Part shown: positions 20,857 through 31,107 of the stretch, in pieces | Layout: every line of letters starts with the position of its first letter | Position numbering within the stretch: position 1 is the stretch's first letter | From: an uncultured Ignavibacteriaceae bacterium | GTDB taxonomy: Bacteria > Bacteroidota > Ignavibacteria > UBA10030 | Length of the DNA stretch: 64,000 bases | Assembly (NCBI GenBank): GCA_964651225.1 | Contig: CAZYYD010000001.1 | Span: 50,811-114,810 of the forward strand | Reading direction: 5' to 3' | Made by a program: the position numbers and the translations under genes | Notes under the pieces: generated by a model | Told to the model about the DNA's origin: nothing | Databases searched by the model: none | Seen by the model: the letters and a program-made list of their open reading frames with translations, nothing else

Positions 20857-21834
20857 TTACTTGCGTGAATCGCTGAACGACCATGTGAATTTACCAGGCT
20901 CTAATATCTGCATCTGGTTGAGAGTTCTCGTGAGCAATTTCTCATCTAGGTGAACAGGAGATGCATCATGTTTCACAACAGAAAAATGCGGTGCTTTCCC
21001 TAGAACAGCCTCTGCGAGAAATTGGCCTCCGCCAACATGCAAATATTGACTGGAGTTTATCCCCATTTCCTGTATTGTTGAGAGAAAACTGTGGTAAGCA
21101 TAATCTTGAGAATCATCTAAAGAAGTAAACACGTACCCAAGCCCCTCGGGTCCCTGAAACAGAGCAAAAGTAAAAGGAACACTCGATAGGCTTTTTTCTT
21201 GAGAGGTTTGAACTGCTTCAAGAATATAATCGAGATTCATCCTTTCCGGCCTTAAGAATGGAAATGTCACACTGTAGGTTGTCGGAAGAGGACGCACTTC
21301 ACTATCAACAACTTCCACAAGCCTCGGATTCCTGAGAGTATATCCGTTTTCATCGAGAGGCTCGAGTGACACCTGTACAGTTTCTTCCTTTATATTAAAA
21401 AAATCACCGTAGGCCAAAAAGAATTTTTCAAGCTGCCTTGCACATTTAGCTTCTTCAAGTGTAAGCTGGCTGTGTACAATTCCCCTGACAAGATATGGCT
21501 TACTGTCCAGATTGTCGCCATGCAAGGAGCTCTTCTTCAGCATATGCTCGTTCAGATTCAAAATATCCTGCCGGTAACCCAGGGATTCCATATGCTGCCG
21601 AACCTCTGCAAACAAATCATTAAACTCTGCATGATCAGGACCATTCAACTTGGCACTGACATAAGGAACCTGGATCAAGTCCCTGTAATGCAACTCGTGG
21701 GTTGGTACTGCAGGATCGGAAATCTTCAAAAGCATATCCCGCAGGGTTTTGAGTTTAATCTTCTCCGAATCTAAAAAATTACCGGCATTGCGTTCGATAA
21801 GTCGATCCAACCGTTTTACGTATTGTTCGTTCAT
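20857..21834 (-). CDS. hypothetical protein (325 aa), no recognisable domain
   Basis: A long clean ORF in an AT-rich segment downstream of the tRNA-Val/GIY-YIG locus. I recognise no motifs. Confidence 0.5.
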   Translation of the reverse strand: MNEQYVKRLDRLIERNAGNFLDSEKIKLKTLRDMLLKISDPAVPTHELHYRDLIQVPYVSAKLNGPDHAEFNDLFAEVRQHMESLGYRQDILNLNEHMLKKSSLHGDNLDSKPYLVRGIVHSQLTLEEAKCARQLEKFFLAYGDFFNIKEETVQVSLEPLDENGYTLRNPRLVEVVDSEVRPLPTTYSVTFPFLRPERMNLDYILEAVQTSQEKSLSSVPFTFALFQGPEGLGYVFTSLDDSQDYAYHSFLSTIQEMGINSSQYLHVGGGQFLAEAVLGKAPHFSVVKHDASPVHLDEKLLTRTLNQMQILEPGKFTWSFSDSRK

Positions 21835-22165
21835 AGATATAAGGAACAGATGTCTCTCGACAAAGTCAAATGGAAAAAACAGGCCATGATTTATGTAATA
21901 GAGTGGACGACAAGTATTCGAAAGATTGTTTCACTTCTTGGCTCTTTAGAGTCTGGTGCATGACTCGCTGCCTTCCTGTATGATCTCCATATGTCTGCCA
22001 GAATTCATATCGACGGCCGCGAGCTGTGTGATTGATAAGAGCGTTAATTGTTGTTACAGTCGATTCAGTGCTTGCCTGGATTATTGAATGAAGTGATTTC
22101 GATGCTGTACGTTTACGATCTATATTACGCAGTAATATTTTTCAATCTATAACTGCCGAGCCCAT

Positions 22166-25126
22166 TCATTTTTTCGACAGATCGTTTTTTTCTTTTTTGA
22201 ATTCGCTGCGAAATTTCTCTGCACATTCTGGACAGAGCCCATGCGTAAATTTAGCCCCTGAATGCTCGATGATATATTTTTCCAATTGATTCCAATATCC
22301 CTTATCATCGCGTATTTTCTTGCACGAAGCACAAATAGGGATCAAGCCGCTTAATGTCTTAATATTTGCGAGGGCTTCCTGCAGTTCTAAAATGAGCTTT
22401 TCCCGTTCTCCTTCCATATGCTTGCGCAAAGTGATATCAGCAACAATAGCCATCCGTCCCGCCACGTTTCCAGCGGCATCATATATCGGTGCCGATGATA
22501 TACTCACATCGATGAACGTTCCATCCTTCCGCTGGCGGACGGTTTCCAGGTTGGTGATAGGTTTGCCCGTTGAAATTTGAGCACTTAATGTATTGTACTC
22601 GTCTTGTTTACCCAGGGGTACAATAGGATTGGGATGTCCGATAACTTTTTCTGATCTCCAGCCAAAGATTTGTTCCGCTGCGGTGTTCCAGAGTTGAACA
22701 TTCCCATCGGAATCAAGAAGCATAATGGCAAGCGGTGAGACCTGTACCAGGGTTTCGAGTTTAGCAGTACTGGTGCGCAATGCCTCTTCGGCCTGCTTGC
22801 GGTCAGTAACGTCCCTAAAGATACTTAGTGATACTATAGGTTGATCTGCAATTCTGAGGAATGTGTTTGACAGCTCAAGAGATTTTTTTTCACCATTCCA
22901 GAGAGTAATTGTCCGTTCTATGTGAGGGGGGATGCTTCTGGATCGGAAACGTTCCCGATGTTTATTCAAAATTTCTATTTTCCTTGCCTGTTCATAAACA
23001 ACAGACATCGGTTTCCCCTCAATTTCCGCACGTGGTTTCTCCATCATTTTGCAAAACGCATCATTCACTGAAATGACGTCGCCTGCTTCGTTTGTGATTC
23101 GCATTCCATCATTGCTTTTTTCCCAAACCGACCGAAACTTCTCTTCGCTTTCCTGCAATGTCTTCTCTGCATGCTTGCGCTCGGTAATATCTCGGGCCAC
23201 CCCTACTGTGGCGACGACTTTACCGCTTTCGTCTTTCACAACAGAAGTCCAGAGTTCAATAGGAAATTCACTCCCGTCTTTCCGACAGTTGAGAAGTTCG
23301 CCGTACCATCCCCCCGCAAGTGTTCCCGCTAGGATTTGACTTCCAACCTCTGGGGATGCGTTTACTAAACGGACGACCGATATCGGACGTCCTATCAACT
23401 CTTCACGGGTATACCTGTAGGTTTGTAGAAAAGCATCATTAACGAAGATGATCTTATCTTCAAAGTCCGCTATGGATATGCAGTCCTTCGTTGATGCCAA
23501 TGTCTGAGCCAGCAATCGAATCTCGCTTTCCGCCTTTCTGCGCTCAGTGATATCTTCCTTCACTGCAATGAAATGAGTAATGACATTGTCTTTGTCCTTG
23601 ACAGGCGAAATGGATGCCGTCTCCCAATACAGATCACCGTTTTTCTTCTTGTTGTGAAATTCACCCCGCCATTCCTTGCCCGACGTGATGTTTTCCCATA
23701 AGGTCTTGTATCCTTCCGCAGACATTTCACCCGATTTCAAAATGCGGGGATTCTTTCCGAGCGCTTCTCCCATTGTGTATCCCGTTATTTGTGTAAACTT
23801 AGGATTGACATATTCGATATTGCCGTGCGTGTCTGTGATGACAATGGTCGCAGGGCTTTGCTCAACGGCAAGAGAGAGTTTACGCAATTGATCTTCAGTC
23901 CGCTTGCGGTCCGTGATGTCCCGTGTGACCCCCAGGAGCGCTTTCACATCTCCAGCGGGTCCGGTCTCCCTCAATGGGACACTGGTTGTCTCGAGTGTCA
24001 ATCGTCGTCCCTTTAATCCGATAATATCATACACGAGATGGCGTGTTTCTCCGCGGAAGACAGCTTCCACCATCTCATTAAATGCAGACTTGTCTTTTTC
24101 CGCGACTACTCCTACTGCTTTCTTACCCCGGACCTGATCGAACGTAGCTTGAATCATAGCTAAGCCAGCGGGATTCATTTCCAGCACGCGCCCCTCACGA
24201 TCAAACAGCTTCACACATTCGGGTTCGTATGTAACAATGGTACGCCAGCGTTCTTCGCTCTCGCGCAGCGCTTCCTCCGCCTGTTTGCGTTCAGTAATAT
24301 CTCGGATCAGTCCGTCGTAGCGAACGAGGGCCCCCGACGAGTCATGGTATGGAACGGGAGTATTCGATACCCAACGCACATTGCCGTCTTTCCTTCGTAT
24401 TCGATGTTCAATAGAACTGGGGTCTTTGACGGAAAGGATACGTGATGCATGGTCTTTGACACGATCACGGTCTTCCGGATGCACCATGTTGAACCACAAA
24501 TAGGGGTCGGCGATAAACTCCTCTGCCGAATACCCGGTAACTGCGATACACCCTGGACCATGCACTGTCTTTACTACCCGGCCGTTCTCGAGGTAGGAGG
24601 TGAATATGTAATCTGTTAATGTGGTAACGATGCGGTGATACCGCTCCTCGCTCTCGCGCAGCGCCTCATCCGTGCGTTTGCGTTCAGTGATATTGCGGAA
24701 GGACCACACGCGTCCGGAGACAGTACCACCCAGAATCATTGGCCGGGAATAACGTTCAAAAACACGGCCATCCTTGAAGATCAGGATATCCATGTCTTCT
24801 GCGTCTGAATTGTAAAGTAAGTTCACTTTTTTAAGAAATGCATCAGGATCAATCAACTGATCGAGTACGAAATCCAGCAAAACACGGTCGTCCTTGCGCT
24901 CCATGAGAGTCTGAGGAATTCTCCATAGTTCGACAAATCGTTGGTTAGCTTGCAAAACCTTTCCCTTGCTGTCAACAGCGAGAATTCCATCCGCGGTGGA
25001 TTGGAGAGCAGCCCTGAATTGTGCTTCGCTTTCCCGCAGCGCTTTCTCAGTCTGTCTGCGCAATTTCAACGCCGGCTTTCTTGAAGGTTTCGGTGGCTGC
25101 TTTGTACGGATCTTTTTCTTAGGCAT
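22166..25126 (-). CDS. multi-PAS sensor protein (about 8 PAS/PAC modules) with no histidine kinase, GGDEF, EAL or HTH output; ends in a about 50-aa Cys/His-rich module
   Basis: PAS units recur, separated by DITERK(Q/R)AEEALRESEE linkers. The tail reads LIPICASCKKIRDDKGYWNQLEKYIIEHSGAKFTHGLCPECAEKF (C-x2-C ... H ... H-x2-C-x2-C). Confidence 0.85.
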   Translation of the reverse strand: MPKKKIRTKQPPKPSRKPALKLRRQTEKALRESEAQFRAALQSTADGILAVDSKGKVLQANQRFVELWRIPQTLMERKDDRVLLDFVLDQLIDPDAFLKKVNLLYNSDAEDMDILIFKDGRVFERYSRPMILGGTVSGRVWSFRNITERKRTDEALRESEERYHRIVTTLTDYIFTSYLENGRVVKTVHGPGCIAVTGYSAEEFIADPYLWFNMVHPEDRDRVKDHASRILSVKDPSSIEHRIRRKDGNVRWVSNTPVPYHDSSGALVRYDGLIRDITERKQAEEALRESEERWRTIVTYEPECVKLFDREGRVLEMNPAGLAMIQATFDQVRGKKAVGVVAEKDKSAFNEMVEAVFRGETRHLVYDIIGLKGRRLTLETTSVPLRETGPAGDVKALLGVTRDITDRKRTEDQLRKLSLAVEQSPATIVITDTHGNIEYVNPKFTQITGYTMGEALGKNPRILKSGEMSAEGYKTLWENITSGKEWRGEFHNKKKNGDLYWETASISPVKDKDNVITHFIAVKEDITERRKAESEIRLLAQTLASTKDCISIADFEDKIIFVNDAFLQTYRYTREELIGRPISVVRLVNASPEVGSQILAGTLAGGWYGELLNCRKDGSEFPIELWTSVVKDESGKVVATVGVARDITERKHAEKTLQESEEKFRSVWEKSNDGMRITNEAGDVISVNDAFCKMMEKPRAEIEGKPMSVVYEQARKIEILNKHRERFRSRSIPPHIERTITLWNGEKKSLELSNTFLRIADQPIVSLSIFRDVTDRKQAEEALRTSTAKLETLVQVSPLAIMLLDSDGNVQLWNTAAEQIFGWRSEKVIGHPNPIVPLGKQDEYNTLSAQISTGKPITNLETVRQRKDGTFIDVSISSAPIYDAAGNVAGRMAIVADITLRKHMEGEREKLILELQEALANIKTLSGLIPICASCKKIRDDKGYWNQLEKYIIEHSGAKFTHGLCPECAEKFRSEFKKEKNDLSKK

Positions 25127-25732
25127 GGTATTGCCTCACTCATGTTCTCATCTTTTCAAAGGATCTCGAATCACATTATCGTGCTCCGATAATACAACTT
25201 ATTAAAGCCGTCATCATCCTAAACTTAATGCTAATGAATCTTCAGTTAAAAAAAAACAGCAGACATTGTCGCGGTTCTGAGTTTGTCCTCTGGTTTAAGC
25301 AATAAATGAGAAAACATCAAATTACTTGGACATTTCGGGAATTAATTTCTTTCTCCAGATGTCCTTTTTTCGTGGTGTATGAAGGTCCGGCAAGGATAAA
25401 ACATTAATCGATGACGCCATGTGGAACCACGTCCGTTCCATACTCGACTTCAATTGCTTTGAGCCTGATTTTTTTGTAGCATAACGCCACGTTCTATCTC
25501 GTGGAAAAGCAGATAAGCACCGGAATCATTACGATAAACACAGAAAGCGTCTCGCAGATCTATGAACAAAGCGCTTCTTGATTATTCACTTCGCATTCGT
25601 CTTCCGATTGCTGTCTTTGTCGCTGATGCTCTAGTTGCCTTTGTACCGTTGCTTTCTTACTTTACAAGCACGGAATAAGACTTTTCTGAACCACGCGGTT
25701 GGACGGAAGAACCATCCGCACAAGGAACGTAC

Positions 25733-26137
25733 ATGAACCAATCCCAGAATGACACCTCAGGGCTCTCCGCAAAGACAGCGCTCTGTCTTGCAGCAATAAC
25801 CATGGCGGGAGTGGATGGAGAGTTCAAGGAAGAGGAATTAGAAAAACTTCGCAAGCTGATTCAGGTCGATGAAACAGCCTTTTTCGATGCGCTTAAATTT
25901 TATACCGAGCAGCCTCTTGATGTCTGCATTAAAACTGTGTCCACTCGATTGAACGAAGGACAGAAGCGGATTGCATATCGCATGCTCTACGATCTCGCAC
26001 AGGTTGATAAGGATTTTGCGGTCTCCGAACAGGATCTTCTCGAACAATATGCCGCCATGTTTGGTTTGCGTAGAGATTTTATCGCTTCGGTAAGCGGGCC
26101 GGCAGGACACCAATACGATCTTTCTGTGTTTGAATAG
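25733..26137 (+). CDS. TerB-like (tellurite-resistance TerB family) domain protein
   Basis: Two TerB-like acidic-motif repeats (AGVDGEFKEEELEKL and AQVDKDFAVSEQDLL) on an all-helical about 130-aa scaffold. Tentative. Confidence 0.45.
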   Translation: MNQSQNDTSGLSAKTALCLAAITMAGVDGEFKEEELEKLRKLIQVDETAFFDALKFYTEQPLDVCIKTVSTRLNEGQKRIAYRMLYDLAQVDKDFAVSEQDLLEQYAAMFGLRRDFIASVSGPAGHQYDLSVFE

Positions 26138-26438
26138 GATAGCATAGATAGTCAATGTGAATCAAGGACCAGAAATACGTTCTCATCACATTTGAATCCT
26201 CCCATGTCTTTCCTTCTGCGTTTTCATGCAGCGATACACAAAGAATTGAGTGATTTCCGAACCCCCCTTCTGCAAACCCGCACAATCCCATTCGTGATAA
26301 AGGATTTATCAGAATCGTACCGATGGTTTAAAGTATATTCATTGTGTTACGTTTCAGAGCCGAATGGACAGATGAGGATGTAAAGCTAAGAGATGGTTTT
26401 GAGTATATTAGAACATCTTTTAGCAAAGGAGCATCATC

Positions 26439-26621
26439 ATGGTCCAGCAAGCAAACCCAGAGAGGATCGTTCGGGAGATCAAGCGAAAGACCCGGAAGAA
26501 ATACATAAGTGAAGAGAACATCCAGATTGTCCTGGAAGGATTACGGGGAGAGGAAGGAATCGCAGAGATCTGTCGACGAGAGGGCATCCATGCCTATATG
26601 TTCCATAGAGCGGAAGTAGCC
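26439..26621 (+). pseudogene. IS3-family transposase OrfA N-terminal HTH remnant (Transposase_8-like), fused in frame upstream of the hydrolase gene
   Basis: RKKYISEENIQIVLEGLRGEEGIAEICRREGIHAYMFHR matches the conserved OrfA/HTH_Tnp_1 pattern (..EfKxxvVLEaLkGExsiAElcReyGIhpnqly.W). No downstream transposase body is present. Confidence 0.5.
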
Positions 26622-27539
26622 ATGGTTCGCTCTTTTCTAAAATCCATATTTCTTTTCTTACTTGCATCCGTTCTCCTTCTGTGCGGGATAGCGCTGTATC
26701 TCTCGTACAAAGAATATACTTCATATTTCCGAACCCGCCATGGCCGTCTAATAAGCATCTCAGAACAACAAGATTCAACCGCGAGGAAATTTTGGATTAC
26801 GCTCGGCAATGACGATGGTTTCAACATCGACTGCGGGCTTCTTCTACCTCAACATTTCCGTAAACGTTCTCCTGCAATCGTCCTGTTAGGAGGTAAAGCG
26901 ACAGGGAAGTATGCTGTGGAATACGCGCTTGGAATTGATAGTGTCATCATCCTTGCCTTGGATTATCCGTATGAACCACGCCCGTCGTACACGTTCTGGA
27001 CGATTGTGCAAGATATACCGGCTGTGCGCAAAGCACTCATCGATATGGTGCCTGCATCCATGCTCGCCGTCGATTATTTGCGTCAGAGGAACGATGTCGA
27101 CACGGCAAAGATTGTCCTTTTAGGGTATAGTTTCGGTGCCCCGTTTGTTCCGGTGATTGTGGCACATGACCGACGTTACTCCGCTGTCTCAATGGTGTAT
27201 GGCGGCGGGGAATTGACTTCCATGATACGGCATAATGTGCGGCGATATGAAGGTGCGTTGCTGAGTGAGTTTGTTGGAAGACTTGGCGGGCTGCTTCTCC
27301 GTCCCTTGGAACCCATGCGGTACACGCAAAAAATTTCTCCGATACCACTGGTGATGATTAACGGAATCCATGATGAGCAGGTGCCACGTGCCAATACAGA
27401 AATTTTTTACAAGGCCGCACAGGAACCAAAGAAGATCGTCTATCTGGATTCGCGACACGTCAATCCGAATAATCCGGATCTCACCCGCCAGATAATCGCT
27501 GTATTAAAAGAAGAATTGAAAAGAATGCGTATTCTCTAA
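26622..27539 (+). CDS. alpha/beta-hydrolase (dienelactone-hydrolase-like) with N-terminal membrane anchor
   Basis: The start MVRSF is followed by a TM helix (IFLFLLASVLLLCGIALYL). A nucleophile-elbow-like GYSFG and an alpha/beta hydrolase C-terminus follow. The ORF track fuses it with the upstream remnant. Confidence 0.65.
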   Translation: MVRSFLKSIFLFLLASVLLLCGIALYLSYKEYTSYFRTRHGRLISISEQQDSTARKFWITLGNDDGFNIDCGLLLPQHFRKRSPAIVLLGGKATGKYAVEYALGIDSVIILALDYPYEPRPSYTFWTIVQDIPAVRKALIDMVPASMLAVDYLRQRNDVDTAKIVLLGYSFGAPFVPVIVAHDRRYSAVSMVYGGGELTSMIRHNVRRYEGALLSEFVGRLGGLLLRPLEPMRYTQKISPIPLVMINGIHDEQVPRANTEIFYKAAQEPKKIVYLDSRHVNPNNPDLTRQIIAVLKEELKRMRIL

Positions 27540-27633
27540 ACAAAGCAGGCGAAGATTTCTCTCCGCCTATCATCTCATAATTTATCTTTCATTCTCCATT
27601 CTTCACTCATCACTCATCACTCTTCATTCTCTC

Positions 27634-28650
27634 TCAATAACTCTCCTCACCAATCTCTACTTTCCCTCGAAAGACATAGTGAATAAAGGCTGAATAAGCG
27701 ATAACGATCGGGACACCAATCAATGCAATAAACAGCATTGTCCGCAATGTTAAATTGCTGGATGAGGAATTGTAAATCGTTAAACTATATGCCAGATCGA
27801 TGGAAGAAGGAACGAGTCGTGGAAATAAGCTTAATGCCATTTGGCCGAGCATTGCTGTAATGATGAGCGAGGAAATGAAAAAAGCACGGTGGTATCTTCC
27901 TGCTTTGAGAACGACAGGCAGGTAAACGATGGTGCCGATCAACAGAACCAGAAAGCAATAGAAGAGCGGATTTTTGGTGGTGTGCTCAAACAAAAAGGGG
28001 GATGCAAGCCACGACCAAATCGTCTGAATCACATACAGGAGAACAAATGGCATCCAGAGATTAGAAGCCCATCTCGCTGACCGTTCCCGAAGGATTCCTT
28101 CTGTTTTGGTCGCCAGATAAATCGCACCGTGCATGGTGAACAAAATCACACTCAGCAATCCAACACTCAAGGAATAAGGATTTAACAAGCCCAGAAATGT
28201 CCCCGTGTATGCGCCGGTGGCGTCCACAGGAACACCATGGAGGATGTTGCCGATAGCGACACCGAAGAGAAGCGCCGGCACAAAACTGCCAAGTCCAAAA
28301 GCCCAATCCCATGCACGCCGCCATGATGCAGAGGTCACCTTGCTACGGAATTCAAAGGATACCGCACGAAAAATGAGAGCTACCAGCAGCAGTATCATCG
28401 CAAGGTAGAATCCGCTGAAGACTGTTGCGTAAACAATCGGAAATGCGGCAAACAGTGCTCCACCGCCGGTAATCAGCCATACTTCATTGCCATCCCACAC
28501 CGGGCCGATCGCATTCATATGAATGCGGCGTTCTTGTTCATTGTTTGCGAAGAGAGAAAGAATGCCGACACCGAAATCGAATCCATCCAAAATTGCATAG
28601 CCGATGATCAAAACACCGACAAGCCAAAACCAAATTGTATTGAGATCCAT
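27634..28650 (-). CDS. cydB: cytochrome bd ubiquinol oxidase subunit II
   Basis: A polytopic CydB-like membrane protein immediately downstream of cydA. Confidence 0.9.
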   Translation of the reverse strand: MDLNTIWFWLVGVLIIGYAILDGFDFGVGILSLFANNEQERRIHMNAIGPVWDGNEVWLITGGGALFAAFPIVYATVFSGFYLAMILLLVALIFRAVSFEFRSKVTSASWRRAWDWAFGLGSFVPALLFGVAIGNILHGVPVDATGAYTGTFLGLLNPYSLSVGLLSVILFTMHGAIYLATKTEGILRERSARWASNLWMPFVLLYVIQTIWSWLASPFLFEHTTKNPLFYCFLVLLIGTIVYLPVVLKAGRYHRAFFISSLIITAMLGQMALSLFPRLVPSSIDLAYSLTIYNSSSSNLTLRTMLFIALIGVPIVIAYSAFIHYVFRGKVEIGEESY

Positions 28651-28662
28651 GGTCGTTTTCTC

Positions 28663-29994
28663 CTATCCTTGTGCCGGCTGCGGTCCGTGTTTGACTTCTC
28701 GTACGAGTACATACACGTAGAGGCTTCCGAGAAGTGCATAGATAAGCCCAAAGAGAATGATCGAAAAGAGAATTTCAGGTGCTGTGACAGTTATGGAATA
28801 AGATTCTGAGGTCCGGAGCAGTCCGTAGACAATCCATGGCTGCCTGCCGACCTCTGCGGCGATCCAACCTAACTGGCATGCTGCAAGAGGCAGGGGAATC
28901 GACCAGACAAAGAGCTTCAACAGCCATTTCTTGTCAAACAGTTTATTTTTTTTCAATAAGAAGACCGCATACGCTGTCACGGCGATGAAATAGAGTCCGA
29001 GGACGACCATATTGTGGAATGAAACAAAGGTTAACCATAGCGGAGGAATATTATCCGGCGGAAACTCATTGATCCCTTTGATGTGTGCATTGATATCGCC
29101 GAACGTCATCAAGCTTAACAATCCTTGAAGTTCTATTTTGGCTTTCAATTCGGGTGGCTGCGTAAACGGAATAGCAAAGAACACCAATGGTGCGCCTGAC
29201 TGGCTGACATACATTCCCTCAAGGGCGGCAAATTTTTCCGGCTGTGTATGTGCCACTTGTTTAGCATGTTCGTGGCCGAACGGCATAAGTTCCAGAAGCG
29301 AAGTGACCAAGCCGAAGATGATAGCAATGTTCATGGCTCGCTTTGCGAGTTCAACTTCTTTCCTTCTCAGAATAAGGAACGCAGCGATACCGGCGACGAA
29401 AAATGCACCCGTGATGAGTGCGGCATCAACCGTATGAAGATACCGGATCATGGTCGATGGATTAAACACTGCATCGTAGAAACTTGTCATCTCGGCCCTG
29501 TCGTTCCGCAGAATATATCCAGCCGGTGTTTGCTGCCACGAGTTTGCCACAATAATCCAAAACGCTGAGATTGTCGCTCCAATAGCTACCATGAAAATAG
29601 AAAACCAGTGAACGGCTTTGGAGACTTTGTTTCTACCGAAGAGATATAGTCCAAGAAATCCGGATTCGAGGAAGAAAGCGAAAATACCTTCTGCGGCAAG
29701 CGGCGCCCCAAAAATATCGCCGACAAACTTTGAATACACAGCCCAGTTTGTTCCAAATTGGAATTCCATCACGATACCGGTTGCGACACCGACCGCAAAA
29801 GTCAAGGCGAGCAGTTTTCCAAAAAATTTGCCCATACGAACGTACATTTCATCTCCTCTCCGCCAGCCTAGTCCTTCCATAATGACCAGGAGCCAAGCGA
29901 GTCCGATAGAAATGGGGGGGAAAAGAAAGTGAAAACCGATTGTCATCGCAAATTGTAAACGTGCCAGTAAGAGTGCATCCATGGGAATCTCCAT
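28663..29994 (-). CDS. cydA: cytochrome bd ubiquinol oxidase subunit I
   Basis: The conserved CydA N-terminus (LSRLQFAMTIGFHFLFPPISIG) and Q-loop region. The true start may be the internal Met at 29982. Confidence 0.9.
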   Translation of the reverse strand: MEIPMDALLLARLQFAMTIGFHFLFPPISIGLAWLLVIMEGLGWRRGDEMYVRMGKFFGKLLALTFAVGVATGIVMEFQFGTNWAVYSKFVGDIFGAPLAAEGIFAFFLESGFLGLYLFGRNKVSKAVHWFSIFMVAIGATISAFWIIVANSWQQTPAGYILRNDRAEMTSFYDAVFNPSTMIRYLHTVDAALITGAFFVAGIAAFLILRRKEVELAKRAMNIAIIFGLVTSLLELMPFGHEHAKQVAHTQPEKFAALEGMYVSQSGAPLVFFAIPFTQPPELKAKIELQGLLSLMTFGDINAHIKGINEFPPDNIPPLWLTFVSFHNMVVLGLYFIAVTAYAVFLLKKNKLFDKKWLLKLFVWSIPLPLAACQLGWIAAEVGRQPWIVYGLLRTSESYSITVTAPEILFSIILFGLIYALLGSLYVYVLVREVKHGPQPAQG

Positions 29995-30105
29995 ATTTGT
30001 ATTACGGCATGGCCGTGTGTGCCTTCTTCTTGTCAGAGTGAAAAACCATCCCTGACGGAATCGCTGAACCAGAGCTTCCAGGAATAACCGAACGAGCAGA
30101 AGAAA

Positions 30106-31101
30106 TCATCGTGATAATTTTGCTCTGAGTCCGGCAAGTTGTTCTGGAGTACCGATGACGACAAGTATATCTTCTAGATCCAGCACCGTTGAGGGGGGCG
30201 GATTGAAAGTGAATTTCTTATCGCTCTTTTTCATAGAAACAAGGACGACACCGGAATCCGCGAGTGCGTCGCAATGCTTCAATTGTTTGCCGCGATATGT
30301 TGTCGAATCACCGATTTTGAGCTCTTCAACCCGAAGAGCAGAATCGTCGCGCAGCATGGTGTCGAGAAACGACGTGGCATCCGGCCGTATCATTTCTGAC
30401 GCCATCCGCAGTCCGCCGATATACGGAGCAGAAACCGCTGAGTCGGCACCGCTGCGGAAGAATTTTTCGCGTACATCAATGTTATCTACTTTTGCGACGA
30501 TACGCAATTTTGGATTCATCCCGCGTGCGGTAATGACGACAAATAAATTGTCTTTATCTTCCGGCAGTGTCGTCACGAGTCCTGCAGCAGAGTCAATGCC
30601 GGCCGAACGAAGGACATCATCGTTTGCCGCATCACCTTCCACCGTCGGGATCCCGCGGTCAATCAGCAGCTGCACTTTTTTCGGGTCCTTTTCGACAACA
30701 ATCACCTTCCTCTTCGTCCGGAGAAGTTCTTCCAGTACATAGTGTCCGTTCTTGCCTGCACCGCACACAATGTAATGATGTGATATTTTTTTGATCGAGC
30801 GTTCCATCTTTCGTCTCCTGAGAATACCGCCGATGCCGCCTTGTACGATAAACTGTGCAATCTCCGAAATACCATAAAGAATAATGCCCATACCGCCAAG
30901 AATCAGAAATATCGTGAATACTCGTCCGGAGGTTGTCAGCTGGTGTGTTTCACCGTACCCCACGGTCGCGAGAGTGATCACCGACATGTACAAAGAATCA
31001 AACAGCGGCCATCCCTCAATGAAATGATACCCTAGCGTGCCCGCTATGAGGATAAGCAGGAGGAGGTAGACGATTTGGAGTGCGTTCCGTGCGGTGCTCA
31101 T
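30106..31101 (-). CDS. potassium channel with C-terminal RCK/TrkA-N domain
   Basis: Two TM helices flank the TVGYG selectivity filter, followed by a Rossmann-like RCK domain (IVCGAGKNG). Confidence 0.8.
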   Translation of the reverse strand: MSTARNALQIVYLLLLILIAGTLGYHFIEGWPLFDSLYMSVITLATVGYGETHQLTTSGRVFTIFLILGGMGIILYGISEIAQFIVQGGIGGILRRRKMERSIKKISHHYIVCGAGKNGHYVLEELLRTKRKVIVVEKDPKKVQLLIDRGIPTVEGDAANDDVLRSAGIDSAAGLVTTLPEDKDNLFVVITARGMNPKLRIVAKVDNIDVREKFFRSGADSAVSAPYIGGLRMASEMIRPDATSFLDTMLRDDSALRVEELKIGDSTTYRGKQLKHCDALADSGVVLVSMKKSDKKFTFNPPPSTVLDLEDILVVIGTPEQLAGLRAKLSR

Positions 31102-31107
31102 GACTGC

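Noticed and set aside
26439-27539. Single 366-aa protein from the ORF track, transposase-like N-terminus plus hydrolase, as one functional fusion
   Set aside because: The N-terminal 60 aa look like an IS OrfA HTH fragment with no transposase body. A Met followed by a TM helix at 26622 is a more plausible hydrolase start. I keep this as an uncertain remnant rather than a designed fusion.
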